Positions 29,662-39,676 of a stretch of DNA of 64,000 nt are shown here, one piece after another. The DNA lies in the NCBI GenBank assembly GCA_044226625.1, contig JBGAGQ010000012.1, positions 54,073 to 118,072 on the forward strand. The letters are read 5' to 3'. Under the pieces are notes generated by a model. That model was not told the origin of the DNA. It worked only from the letters and a program-made list of their open reading frames with translations, and ran no database searches. The number at the start of each line of letters is the position of its first letter. Positions within the stretch are counted from its first letter, which is position 1. Both the position numbers and the translations under genes were made by a program. Source of the stretch: Thermoanaerobaculia bacterium. Lineage in GTDB: Bacteria > Acidobacteriota > Thermoanaerobaculia > Multivoradales > UBA5704.

Positions 29662-31434
29662 TCACCACCAACCGAACTGGGTACCCGCCTCGCGGATGCT
29701 CGAAAAGACCATTCCGCTCACCGAACCGACGAGCGCTCCGCCGATTCCTCCCGTGAACAACCCCTCGATCCCTCCCCAGACCATTCCCGAGAAATCCGCG
29801 CGGGCGAGCTTGTCTTCGTCGTATCGCGGCGCCTGCTGAGCTTCATTACCGAGTTTCCAAGGGCTCGCCGGATCAGCTGTTTGACGGTTCCAGTACGCGA
29901 TGCTGAAGCGTGCGACGGAGCTTGCCATCAGGATCGTTCGATCGTTCCAAGCGGTCCCGGTGGGACTCTCCTGGCGTCCGACCGGCGGCAGGGGGACACA
30001 GTCGCCGAGTCGCGAGGGGCACCAGAAATCGCAGGGCGGCGGCCAGCCGAAGGGGCACGCCGGAAGAGGGTGGCCGGGATCGCCATAGATGATTCCCGGA
30101 GCGGATTCCCCTCCGCCCGGTCCGATGCCCGTGCGGCGCAGGACTCCCTCTTCGATCTCCTTGATACGCGAGATCGCGGCCTCCGGCGGCAGCGAAATGG
30201 CCGCGCTGATTTCTTCCACCTCCCGGCTCTGCTCAAGGGAGTATCCGGCGCGCACCGAGAGATGGTCGAGCGGCGAGTCGGCCGCCAAACCGATCGAAAA
30301 GATTCGGCGCGATATGTCCCCCTGGCAGCCTTCCGTGGGGCCGCCGGCCCGTTGGATGTCCGACCACGCTTCTCTCGTCAGCAGGTCCACGACGTCTCCC
30401 GGCAGGACGACGCCCCGAGTCTCGAGGGTCGACCTCTGCCGGGCGACGAAGTCGAGCATCTCGTTGTGAAGCTTGCCGTAGGAATCGAAAGGGTTTTTCG
30501 GGTTGTCGGGGATGAGAACCCCGGTGGACTCGGGTGGAGCGGGGAACGGCACCGAAGAGCGCCTCGGCACGGCGAAGGTCAAATTCACCCCGGCGCGCCA
30601 CCCCGTGCTGAAACCGTGATCCCCCGAAATCGCGAGCCCGAAGCGGTCGGCCAGCCGCACCTCGACCCCGGCCCCGGCCGTGAAGTCGGCGGTCGAAGAC
30701 GATTCGAAACGGCGCCCTTCGACGTCGAGCTTCGGCGTCCCGTCGCCGAAGGTATAGACACCCCCCGTGGGCAGAACGGAAAGGCCGCGAACGCCCGCCG
30801 AAAGGTAGGGCTTCACCCGGTCGGTGCGAAAAGGGTAAACCCTCGCGTTCGCATGCCCTGACAGCAGGCGAAACTCGATCTCCTCACGATCGGTCGATCG
30901 AGGACCCGAAGGTGCGCGCCGGGAGGCCGTGCCGGTACCGTATGAAAACCCGAGGTCGAGCGCCAGCCAATCTCGGATGCCCAACACGGTACCGATCCCC
31001 ACCAGAGGGTCGCTGTCCACGGAGGTGGCGCCAAAGGCGGGGGCGGACAGATCTCCATCCGGAGAAAACACGCGTCTCGGCGTGAAGCCGGAAGAGAGGG
31101 CTGGAGCGGCTAGATCGCCGTAACCACCCATCTGATCGGTCGAGAAGAAAACCTCCCTTCGGTTACGCGCGGAGAACTCCTGAAGCTCCGCCTCGGAGAG
31201 GAAGGCGTCCTTTGGATCGATGTCGCGGGTGATCAGACCGGAGATCACACAGACGTGATAGACGATTCCGTTGATCGTTTCGTCCTTACCCCAGGTCCCG
31301 CTCTTGCCGTTGATCTTGCAGGATGTTTCGCCCGGAGGTTTGGGGCAGGAGAAGCACTTGATGGTCTGTCCGGCATGTAGTGTGGCGGTCATCGATAGGC
31401 CAAGCAGAAGTGAACGAGCGAGCGTACGTCTCAT
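29662..31434 (-). CDS. Secreted multidomain hypothetical protein: Cys-rich N-terminus, OMP beta-barrel-like domain, helical domain with glycine-zipper tail
   Basis: AAGGAG RBS; signal peptide; VKPYLSAGV and FTAGAGVEVRL barrel strands; NPFDSYGKLHNEML; GGIEGLFTGGIGGALVGSVSG tail. Confidence 0.75.
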   Translation of the reverse strand: MRRTLARSLLLGLSMTATLHAGQTIKCFSCPKPPGETSCKINGKSGTWGKDETINGIVYHVCVISGLITRDIDPKDAFLSEAELQEFSARNRREVFFSTDQMGGYGDLAAPALSSGFTPRRVFSPDGDLSAPAFGATSVDSDPLVGIGTVLGIRDWLALDLGFSYGTGTASRRAPSGPRSTDREEIEFRLLSGHANARVYPFRTDRVKPYLSAGVRGLSVLPTGGVYTFGDGTPKLDVEGRRFESSSTADFTAGAGVEVRLADRFGLAISGDHGFSTGWRAGVNLTFAVPRRSSVPFPAPPESTGVLIPDNPKNPFDSYGKLHNEMLDFVARQRSTLETRGVVLPGDVVDLLTREAWSDIQRAGGPTEGCQGDISRRIFSIGLAADSPLDHLSVRAGYSLEQSREVEEISAAISLPPEAAISRIKEIEEGVLRRTGIGPGGGESAPGIIYGDPGHPLPACPFGWPPPCDFWCPSRLGDCVPLPPVGRQESPTGTAWNDRTILMASSVARFSIAYWNRQTADPASPWKLGNEAQQAPRYDEDKLARADFSGMVWGGIEGLFTGGIGGALVGSVSGMVFSSIREAGTQFGWW

Positions 31435-31702
31435 CGACGATCTCCTTTGCTCCCCAGCGCCCAAAATCGGACTCTCGGGTCCGCTTCCTGGCTTGGCAAC
31501 AATGGGACCGACGTCTATTTCGAGGGAATGCGAGGCGTAAACCCTTGCAAACTCGGCAAGAGGGGACAAGGCGGCGCCCGCCCGAGCTCCTTGAATTTCA
31601 GGGTGCCTTAACCATGATCATGGCAGCGGCGCCCTGGCGTGATCTCAATCCGGAGCGGCGCGGGGAACTCTGTGACGCGGAAGCTTGCGACGCGAAACCC
31701 CG

Positions 31703-33109
31703 CTATTCCTCGTCCGCTTCTCCCTCCGCCCCGCCCTTCAAGCCGGCCTTCTTGGCGTAGTAGCGGAAGGATCGGAAGCTCATGCCGAGCAGCTCGGCGG
31801 CCTGGGTCTGGACACCGTGGGTGCGCTCGAGCGCCTGGACCATCAGCTGCGCGCGGATGTCTTCGAGATAGGCCTCCAGGTCGAGCCCCTCCTCGGGGAG
31901 AGAGATGATCTCCGCGTGGCTCTTCCGGTGCGTGAGCAGCTGCACCGGCAGATCCCGGGTGGTGATCGTCTCGGAGTGCGCCAGGGCGAGCGTCCGCTCG
32001 ATCATGTTCTCGAGCTCGCGGACGTTGCCGGGCCAATCGTAGGCTTCGAGCATCCGCATCGCGTCGATCGAGATCTGGCGCGGCGAGAGGTGCATTTCGC
32101 CGCAGTACTTCTGGAGGAAGAAATCGACCAGCAACGGGATGTCTTCCCGCCGGTGGCGAAGCGCGGGAAGCTCGATCGGGATGACGTTGATGCGGTAGAA
32201 CAGGTCCTCTCGGAACTCCCCTTTAGCGATCCGCTCTTCGAGGTTCTGGTTGGTCGCCGCGATCACCCGGACGTCGATGGATTCCTCGACGTTGCCTCCC
32301 ACCTTGCGGATCTTCCGCTCCTGGAGCGCGCGCAGGAGCTTCACCTGCATGGTGAGGGACATCTCGCCGATCTCGTCGAGGAAGATGGTCCCCCGGTTCG
32401 CTTCCTGGAACAGGCCCTTCTTCTCGCGCACCGCGCCGGTGAACGCGCCACGCTCGTGGCCGAAGAGCTCGCTTTCGAGCAGGGTCTCGGGGAGCGCGCC
32501 GCAGTTGATCGAAAGGATGCGGTTCGCCGCGCGCGGGCTCGCGTAGTGGATGGCGCGGGCGATCAACTCCTTGCCGGTGCCGCTCTCGCCCTGGATCAGG
32601 ACGGTCGAGGCGGTGCGGGCGATCCGCTCGATCAGCGAGAAGATCGCCTGCATGCGGGCGCTCTTGCCGATGATGTTGTTGAAGGTGTATTTCTTCTCGA
32701 GCGCCTTCCTCAGGTAGACGTTTTCGTCCACCAGCTCGGCGCGCTCGAGCGCCTTCTGGATCACGATCTTGAGCTCGTCGACGTCGAACGGCTTCGAGAT
32801 GTAGTCGAAGGCGCCGAGCTTCATCGCGTCGATCGCCGACTTCGTCGAGGTGTAGGCGGTCATCATGACGACCGGGGCTTCCGGATTCGAGGCCTTGATC
32901 TCGCGCAGCAGGTCGAGGCCGTTGCCGTCCGGCATCATGATGTCGCACAGGACGAGGTCGAGGCCCCCTTGGGCGAGCACCCGGCGCGCCTCCTCGGCCG
33001 AGCGCGCGGTCTCGACCGCGTACCCCTCGTCGGCGAACAGCAGGGTGAGCATGTCGAGCATGCTCGGCTCGTCGTCCACTACCAGTAGACGCGCGTGGGT
33101 CGGGCTCAC
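31703..33109 (-). CDS. pilR: Sigma-54-dependent response regulator (PilR-like)
   Basis: Receiver LLVVDDE, GESGTGKE, GAFTGA, Fis-type HTH; coupled to the kinase in the pil cluster. Confidence 0.88.
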   Translation of the reverse strand: MSPTHARLLVVDDEPSMLDMLTLLFADEGYAVETARSAEEARRVLAQGGLDLVLCDIMMPDGNGLDLLREIKASNPEAPVVMMTAYTSTKSAIDAMKLGAFDYISKPFDVDELKIVIQKALERAELVDENVYLRKALEKKYTFNNIIGKSARMQAIFSLIERIARTASTVLIQGESGTGKELIARAIHYASPRAANRILSINCGALPETLLESELFGHERGAFTGAVREKKGLFQEANRGTIFLDEIGEMSLTMQVKLLRALQERKIRKVGGNVEESIDVRVIAATNQNLEERIAKGEFREDLFYRINVIPIELPALRHRREDIPLLVDFFLQKYCGEMHLSPRQISIDAMRMLEAYDWPGNVRELENMIERTLALAHSETITTRDLPVQLLTHRKSHAEIISLPEEGLDLEAYLEDIRAQLMVQALERTHGVQTQAAELLGMSFRSFRYYAKKAGLKGGAEGEADEE

Positions 33110-34884
33110 GGGTTGGCCTCCACGATGGCGATCTCCGCGGTGCTCGGTCGTTCCGAGGGGAGCGGAGGAGAGAGCGGGAGCTCGACCGTGATGGTCGCCC
33201 CCTCGTTGGGACGGCTTTCGACCGAGACCTCGCCGCCGTGCTCCTGGACGATGCGATAGACGATCGCCATGCCGATGCCGGTCCCGCCGTCGAAGAACGA
33301 ACGGAACGGGTGAAAGAGGTTCGCGCGCTGCTCGGCCGTCATGCCGCGGCCGGTGTCGGCGAACCGGAGCCGATACCGGTCGCCGTTCGAGCGTCCGGAG
33401 ATGCGCAGCTCGCCCCCTTCGGGCATCGCGCGCAAGGCGTTTCGCGCCAGATTCCAAAAGATCTGGCTCAACTGGTCGGCGTCGGCGACCAGCGTCGTGC
33501 TGTGCGATTCGAGGTCGAGGCTCAAGCGGTGCCCCTCCGAGACTTCGCCGCTGTTCCGGAGCAGCTCGAAGTTTTCCGCGAGCAGGCGCCCGATGTCGAT
33601 CGCCGAGGTGGAGAGCTCCCGCGGGCGGGCAAAGCGGAGGAATCCCTTGATCGTCCGATCGAGACGTTGGCTCTCCTTGAGCAGGATGTCGAGCAGCCGG
33701 CGCTGCGACGACTCGGTCGGAACGTTCGCCGAGAGCATCTGCACCGAGCCGGAGATCGCCGCCAGAGGATTGCCGATCTCATGCGCGAGGCCCGCGGCGA
33801 GCTCGCCGACGGCCGCCATGCGGTCTTTGACCTGCATCTCCTCCTGGAGCCTGCGCCAGCGGGTCAGATCCTGGAAGATCAGGATGTAGCCGCGCTGGAC
33901 GCCATAGGCGTCGGCGAGATGGGAGATCGAAAACCCCACGTATCCGGCGGTGCCGCCATAGGTGAGCTCGACCTCCGAGCGCACCCTGCCGCTCTGGCCG
34001 CTCGCGTCGGCGAGCTCGGCCCAGCGCGGAGCCGAGAACAGGCCCGAGCTCCAGATCGGCGCTCCGACCAGCTCGGCTTCCCCTTTCCTCAAGATCTCGG
34101 ACCCGGCGCGGTTGACGCTCTTGATCACCCCGTCGAGGTCCGCGGTCACGAGCCCGCTGCTGATCGACTCGATCACGTCGCGGTGGACGACCTGGAGATC
34201 CGCGAGGTCCCCTTTTTTCGCCTCGAGCTCGAGCTCGGCGCGGGCGATGTTGTGGGCCAAATAGGAGGTGAGGAGTGCCACGGCGTAGAAGCCGAACAGA
34301 TGGACCGCGAGGTTGTAAGTCAGGCGCCAGATCGAGACGTCGTCGCCGGAAATCTTGGGCGGCGGGAGGGTGTGGAAGTGGATTCCGAGCAGCAGCCCCG
34401 CGTAGAGGACGTAGGCGACCGTCGCCACCGCCATCCCGGCGCTCCGCCGCAGGAGGGTCGCGGCGACCGCGATGACGATCAGGTAGAGCATCGAGAACGG
34501 GCTCGAGATGCCCCCCAGCTGATAGACCAAGGCGGTGATCAGGATCAGATCGCCGAAGAACTGGATGTAGGCCTGGAGCTTGTAATACCCCGGCAGGAGC
34601 TTGAGCAGCGCGAGGTAGACCAGCGTCGCCGCGAAGGTGAGCGCGGCGATCGCGTAGAGAAACCCGAACGGCAGCCCGGTCTCGCCGGGAGCGATCAAGG
34701 GGGTCTGCGACGTCGCGTCGGGCTGCGCATGGACCGCCGCGGCCGCCGCGGGCGAGCCGAGGTCGGAAATCTCGGTCGATCTCGTGTCCGCGAGCTGCAA
34801 CAGAAAGTAGAGGAGCAGCACGCTGCCGACGGCCACCAGCCGGATCGCGATGTACCAACGAAGCTGGCGGGCAAGGGCGGGCAT
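33106..34884 (-). CDS. pilS: Membrane sensor histidine kinase (PilS-like)
   Basis: 6 TM, PAS, AHEIGNPL, NLARNA, DTGRGM, GTGIGM; follows pilC. Confidence 0.88.
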   Translation of the reverse strand: MPALARQLRWYIAIRLVAVGSVLLLYFLLQLADTRSTEISDLGSPAAAAAVHAQPDATSQTPLIAPGETGLPFGFLYAIAALTFAATLVYLALLKLLPGYYKLQAYIQFFGDLILITALVYQLGGISSPFSMLYLIVIAVAATLLRRSAGMAVATVAYVLYAGLLLGIHFHTLPPPKISGDDVSIWRLTYNLAVHLFGFYAVALLTSYLAHNIARAELELEAKKGDLADLQVVHRDVIESISSGLVTADLDGVIKSVNRAGSEILRKGEAELVGAPIWSSGLFSAPRWAELADASGQSGRVRSEVELTYGGTAGYVGFSISHLADAYGVQRGYILIFQDLTRWRRLQEEMQVKDRMAAVGELAAGLAHEIGNPLAAISGSVQMLSANVPTESSQRRLLDILLKESQRLDRTIKGFLRFARPRELSTSAIDIGRLLAENFELLRNSGEVSEGHRLSLDLESHSTTLVADADQLSQIFWNLARNALRAMPEGGELRISGRSNGDRYRLRFADTGRGMTAEQRANLFHPFRSFFDGGTGIGMAIVYRIVQEHGGEVSVESRPNEGATITVELPLSPPLPSERPSTAEIAIVEANP

Positions 34885-34973
34885 CGGCGAAAGGATAGGA
34901 CTTCGCGCGCGGGATGAGAAGCCGACGGGCCCGGGCGGCGGTGCCGCCCGGGGGAGGGATCGACCTTCCGGCC

Positions 34974-36179
34974 TCAGCCGATCTTCGACAGGATCGAGTA
35001 GAGCGGCAGGTACATGGCCGCGACGATCGTGCCGATGACCACGCCGAGGACCGTGATCATCAACGGCTCGAGCAGCTTCATCAGGCCGCTGACCGCGGTG
35101 TCGACCTCTTCTTCATAGAAGTCGGCGATCTTGGACAGCATCTGATCGAGCGCGCCGGTCTGCTCGCCGACGTTGATCATCTGGACGACCATCGGCGGGA
35201 AGACCTTCGTGTCGCCGAGCGGCTCGGAGATCGTCCGCCCTTCCTCGACGCTCTTGCGCACCGACATGACGGCGTCCTCGATGATCGCGTTCCCCGCGGT
35301 TTTCGCGGTGATCTCGAGGCCGTCGAGGATCGGAACGCCCGACGAGGTGAGGGTGCCGAGCGTGCGGCAGAACCGGGCGACGGCGATCTTGCGCAGGAGC
35401 ATGCCGATCACCGGGATCTTGAGCAGGATGCCGTCGATCACGCGTCGGCCGCGGTAGGTCTTGTGGTACTGCCGCAGGAAGAAGATCAGCGCGCCGATGA
35501 GGATCAGGATGAACGGGAAGAAGCGTCCGACGAAGTTGCTCGCCCCGATCACCGCTCGGGTGAGGAAAGGCATCTCGCTGCCCAAACCGGCGAACAGCTG
35601 GGCGAACACGGGAATGACTTTCCAAAGGATGATGGTGACGACGCCCGCGGCGATCACGATGACCGTGATCGGGTAGACCAGCGCGGATTTCACCTGGCTC
35701 TTGAGCTTGACGATCTTCTCGATATACGACGACAAGCGCTGCAGGATGATGTCGAGGATACCGCCCGCCTCGCCGGCCGCGACCATGTTGACGAAGAGGT
35801 TGTCGAACGCCTTCGGGTGCTTGCGCATCGCGTCGGCGAGCGAAGCGCCGGACTCCACGTCGGTTCGCACGGCATGGATGATCGCCTGGAATCCCTGGTG
35901 CTCTTCCTGCTCGCCGAGGATCTCGAGGCACTGGACCAGCGGCAGGCCGGCGTCGAGCATGACCGAGAACTGACGGGTGAAGATCGCGATCCGCTTCGCG
36001 CTGATCCCGCGCGGCAGTCGGGGCAGGACTTTGATCTCCTTGCCCTTCTCCCGCATGGTGGTCACCTGGATCTGCTGGCGGCGAAGCACCGCGATGGCCG
36101 CCTCGCGGTTCTCCGCGAGCAGCTGACCTTCCTGCGGCTGCCCCGTCCGCGTTCGGCCTTTCCAGACGAAATTGGGCAT
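34974..36179 (-). CDS. pilC: Type IV pilus platform protein
   Basis: FTRQFSVMLDAGLPL, AGEAGGIL, VGEQTGALD, AMYLPLY. Confidence 0.95.
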   Translation of the reverse strand: MPNFVWKGRTRTGQPQEGQLLAENREAAIAVLRRQQIQVTTMREKGKEIKVLPRLPRGISAKRIAIFTRQFSVMLDAGLPLVQCLEILGEQEEHQGFQAIIHAVRTDVESGASLADAMRKHPKAFDNLFVNMVAAGEAGGILDIILQRLSSYIEKIVKLKSQVKSALVYPITVIVIAAGVVTIILWKVIPVFAQLFAGLGSEMPFLTRAVIGASNFVGRFFPFILILIGALIFFLRQYHKTYRGRRVIDGILLKIPVIGMLLRKIAVARFCRTLGTLTSSGVPILDGLEITAKTAGNAIIEDAVMSVRKSVEEGRTISEPLGDTKVFPPMVVQMINVGEQTGALDQMLSKIADFYEEEVDTAVSGLMKLLEPLMITVLGVVIGTIVAAMYLPLYSILSKIG

Positions 36180-36206
36180 CGACGTAGCTCCCTGGGTGCC
36201 GCGCGG

Positions 36207-37331
36207 TTAGGCGCGAGCCCCTTCGCCCCGGCCCGGCGGCGTAGAGGCCCCCGGTACCGCAGCCGGTCCGCGGTTGATGATCTCCTGCAGCTCGTCGGCG
36301 TGGGACGAGCGGGCGAGGGCGGTCTGCAAACTGATCAGCCGCTTGAAGTAGAGCGTGGCGAGCGACTGGTTGAAGGTCTGCATGCCGTGCTTGGCCTGCC
36401 CCGCCTGCATCATGCCGTAGATCTGGTGCACCTTGTCCTCGCGGATCAGGTTGCGGATCGCCGAGGTCGGCACCAGGATCTCCATCGCGAGCGCCCGCCC
36501 TTTGCCCGTGGCGCGCGGCAGGAGCGACTGACAGAGGATTCCCTCGAGGACGAACGAAAGCTGCACCCGGATCTGCCCTTGTTGATGGGCGGGGAACATG
36601 TCGATGATCCGGTTGATCGTCTGAGCCGCGGAGTTGGTGTGCAGGGTAGCGAACGTCAAGTGGCCGGTTTCGGCGATGCGGAGCGCCGCCTCGACCGTCT
36701 CCAGGTCGCGCATCTCGCCGATCAGGACGACGTCCGGATCCTGGCGCAACGCCGAGCGCAGGGCGTTCGAGAAGCTGTGCGTGTCGGCGTGCAGCTCGCG
36801 CTGGTTGACGATGCACTTCTTGTGGCTATGGAGGTACTCGACCGGGTCCTCGATCGTGACGATGTGCTCGTGGCGCTCGCGGTTGACTTTGTCGAGCATC
36901 GACGCGAGCGTGGTCGTCTTGCCCGAGCCGGTCGGGCCGGTGACGAGGATCAAGCCGCGCGGCTTCTCGCACAGCGCCTCGACCACGGGCGGCAGGCCCA
37001 GGTCGCGGAAGGTCTTGATCTCGAACGGAATCTGCCGGAAGGCGGCGGCGATCGCGCCGCGCTGGTGGAACACGTTGGCCCGAAACCGCGCGAGACCTTT
37101 GATCCCGAACGAGAAGTCGATCTCCAGGTTCTCTTCCAGCCGGTGCTTCTGGGTATCCGTGAGGATCGAGTAGGCGAGCTGCTTCGTCTCCGTCGGCGTC
37201 ATCGGCGGCAGGTTGAGCGGTTTGAGGACGCCGTCCACCCGAACCTGCGGGGGCGAGTTCGTCGTGACGTGGAGGTCGGAGCCTCCCTGCTCGACCATCG
37301 ATTTGAGCAGTTGAGTCAAACCCGGCGGCAT
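36207..37331 (-). CDS. pilT: Type IV pilus retraction ATPase
   Basis: GPTGSGKTT, TIEDPVE, LRQDPD, AIRNLIRE, GMQT. Confidence 0.96.
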   Translation of the reverse strand: MPPGLTQLLKSMVEQGGSDLHVTTNSPPQVRVDGVLKPLNLPPMTPTETKQLAYSILTDTQKHRLEENLEIDFSFGIKGLARFRANVFHQRGAIAAAFRQIPFEIKTFRDLGLPPVVEALCEKPRGLILVTGPTGSGKTTTLASMLDKVNRERHEHIVTIEDPVEYLHSHKKCIVNQRELHADTHSFSNALRSALRQDPDVVLIGEMRDLETVEAALRIAETGHLTFATLHTNSAAQTINRIIDMFPAHQQGQIRVQLSFVLEGILCQSLLPRATGKGRALAMEILVPTSAIRNLIREDKVHQIYGMMQAGQAKHGMQTFNQSLATLYFKRLISLQTALARSSHADELQEIINRGPAAVPGASTPPGRGEGARA

Positions 37332-37457
37332 ATCAGCGCAACTCCTTCGATCCTAAGACTTACGCGTTCCAAGCGAGGAGATCAGGTGGGGGGATTCTAC
37401 ACCATTCAGAAGATCGACCAAAGAGAATAAGTTCGCCGTTCCCGTTCGCCCTCGGGC

Positions 37458-37585
37458 AGGCTGCTCGAAAACTCTCCTCCCGTCGCGGAGTTCCCGAAGA
37501 CGACACCGAGTCCTGTTCGAGCGAAGCGAGTTACGAGGGGCGCCCGCAGGGAATCTCCTGCGACGAAGGGGTTTTAGAGCAGCCT
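37458..37585. mobile_element. 128-bp MITE-like element with 15-bp terminal inverted repeats
   Basis: AGGCTGCTCGAAAAC ... GTTTTAGAGCAGCCT (14/15 match); related half copy at 39506-39566. Confidence 0.7.
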
Positions 37586-37605
37586 TCTAGTATCGTTGCC
37601 GTTCC

Positions 37606-39501
37606 GTGGCCGACGATCCCAACGCCGAAGAGGCGATCGAAAAATCGTACGACTCGCGGCTGATGCGGCGGCTGCTGGCCTACGTCCGCCCCTACCGCGG
37701 CATGACGGCCGCCGCGGTGGCGCTGATTCTCGGCGGCTCGCTCCTGCAGTTGATCGGCCCGCTCGCGACCGCGGTGGCGATCGACCTTTTCATACGCCCT
37801 CCGGGCACCGCGGGCGGAATCTCGCCGGTCGCGACGGCCGTCGGCGATCAGCTCCAGAAGGTCGGCGTCGACCCGTCCACGGTACGCGTGGAAGGGGTGG
37901 CCGCCTGCGCCGCGATCTTCCTGGCCTCGATCGTCCTCGCGTTCGCCTCTACCTATTGGCAGGGGCGGGTGATGCAGGTGATGGGGCAGTACATCATGCG
38001 CGACCTCCGGGAGCAGATCTTCCGCCAGCTCCAGCGGCTCCCGATCGCGTATTTCGACCGCAACCCCGTGGGCCGGCTGGTGACGCGCGTGACCACCGAC
38101 GTCGACGCCTTGAACGAGCTCTTCGCCTCCGGGCTCGTGGCGGCGTTCGGGGATCTGGTGGTGCTCGCGGGCATCGTGTGCGTCCTGTTCTGGCTCGATT
38201 GGCGCCTGGCGCTGATCGCCTTCGCGATCGTCCCCCTGCTGTTCCTCCTCACCTTCTGGTTCCGCTCCCGCGTGCAGCGGAGCTTCCGCGAGGTCCGGGT
38301 GAAGATCGCGAAGATCAACGCCTTCCTGCAGGAGCACATCACCGGCATGTCCGTGGTCCAGCTGTTCGGCCAGGAGGAGGAAGCCTACCGGCGGTTTGCG
38401 GTGATCAACGACGAGCATCGCGAGGCGAACGTCCGGTCGATCTTCTATTACGCGGTGTTCTTCCCCGGCGTCGAGCTGGTGAGCACGCTCGGCCTCGGCC
38501 TGCTGCTCTGGTACGGCGGGGGCAGGGTCACCGCCGGGCTCGCCTCGGTGGGTGCCCTGGTCGCCTTCTTCCAGTACGCCCAGCGGTTCTATCAGCCGCT
38601 TTCCGATCTCGCCGAGAAATACAACATCCTGCAGGGGGCGATGGCGGCCTCGGAACGGATCTTCGAGCTGATCGACACGCCCGTGGCGATCGTCACGCCG
38701 GAAGCCGCCTACCGGCCCGACGCGGGGGCGACGACCCGGACGCGCGGGGCGATCGAGCTCGATCGGGTGACCTTCTCCTACAAACCCGGCGAACCCGTGC
38801 TCCGCGACGTGTCGTTCCGCGTCGCGCCCGGCCAGACCGTCGCGGTGGTGGGGCACACGGGGGCGGGCAAGAGCACGCTCGCCAATCTGCTGCTCCGCTT
38901 TTACGACGTCCAGGAGGGGGCGGTCAAAGTCGACGGGGTCGACGTCCGCGCCTGGGATCTTCGCGAGCTCCGGCGGAGCATCGCCCTGGTGCTTCAGGAC
39001 GTCTTCCTGTTTTCCGGAGCGATCGGTTCGAACATCCGGCTCGGCGAGCCGTCGATCGACGAGGAGCGCCTCCGATGGGCGGCGCGAGAGGTGCACGCCC
39101 TCGATTTCATCGAGCGCCTGCCGCAGGGGTTCGACACTCCGGTCCAGGAGCGGGGGGCGGGTCTGTCGGTCGGCCAGAAACAGCTGGTGGCGTTCGCTCG
39201 GGCGCTCGCTTTCGATCCGCGCATCCTGATCCTCGACGAGGCGACCTCGTCGATCGACACCGAGACCGAGCAGCGCATTCAAGCGGCGCTCGACCGGTTG
39301 CTGGTCGGCCGCACCAGCCTGGTGATCGCCCACCGGCTGTCGACGATCCAGCGGGCGGACAAGATCCTCGTCCTGCACAAAGGGGAGTTGCGCGAGCAGG
39401 GAACGCACCAGGAGCTTCTGGCCGCCCGGGGCATCTACCACCGTCTGTACAGGCTGCAATACCAGGCCCAAGAGGAAGCGCCGTCGCGCGCGGCGAGTTA
39501 A
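37606..39501 (+). CDS. ABC exporter, fused permease/ATPase (MdlB/MsbA-like)
   Basis: TM domain; GHTGAGKST, LSVGQKQ, ILILDEATS, IAHRLST. Confidence 0.93.
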   Translation: MADDPNAEEAIEKSYDSRLMRRLLAYVRPYRGMTAAAVALILGGSLLQLIGPLATAVAIDLFIRPPGTAGGISPVATAVGDQLQKVGVDPSTVRVEGVAACAAIFLASIVLAFASTYWQGRVMQVMGQYIMRDLREQIFRQLQRLPIAYFDRNPVGRLVTRVTTDVDALNELFASGLVAAFGDLVVLAGIVCVLFWLDWRLALIAFAIVPLLFLLTFWFRSRVQRSFREVRVKIAKINAFLQEHITGMSVVQLFGQEEEAYRRFAVINDEHREANVRSIFYYAVFFPGVELVSTLGLGLLLWYGGGRVTAGLASVGALVAFFQYAQRFYQPLSDLAEKYNILQGAMAASERIFELIDTPVAIVTPEAAYRPDAGATTRTRGAIELDRVTFSYKPGEPVLRDVSFRVAPGQTVAVVGHTGAGKSTLANLLLRFYDVQEGAVKVDGVDVRAWDLRELRRSIALVLQDVFLFSGAIGSNIRLGEPSIDEERLRWAAREVHALDFIERLPQGFDTPVQERGAGLSVGQKQLVAFARALAFDPRILILDEATSSIDTETEQRIQAALDRLLVGRTSLVIAHRLSTIQRADKILVLHKGELREQGTHQELLAARGIYHRLYRLQYQAQEEAPSRAAS

Positions 39502-39505
39502 CCGA

Positions 39506-39566
39506 CTGCTCGAAAACTCCATCGTCGCAGGGATTCCCCGCGGACTCCCCTCGTAACTCGCTTCGC
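39506..39566. repeat. Partial copy of the MITE-like element (inverted relative to 37521-37582)
   Basis: CTGCTCGAAAACTCCATCGTCGCAGG...CCCTCGTAACTCGCTTCGC. Confidence 0.75.
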
Positions 39567-39676
39567 CCCGGGCCCCTGCTCCTTGGCCCGCCCCGTCGGC
39601 TTTGCTACGATATCGGCCGGCTCCACCAACCGCAGTCACGACCCGCTGTCACGGCGAACGGCGCCCAAACGACGAG

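Noticed and set aside
31435-31702. Sigma-54 promoter for the chimeric gene downstream of pilR
   Set aside because: A TTTGCA is present on the minus strand, but there is no GG at the -24 position.
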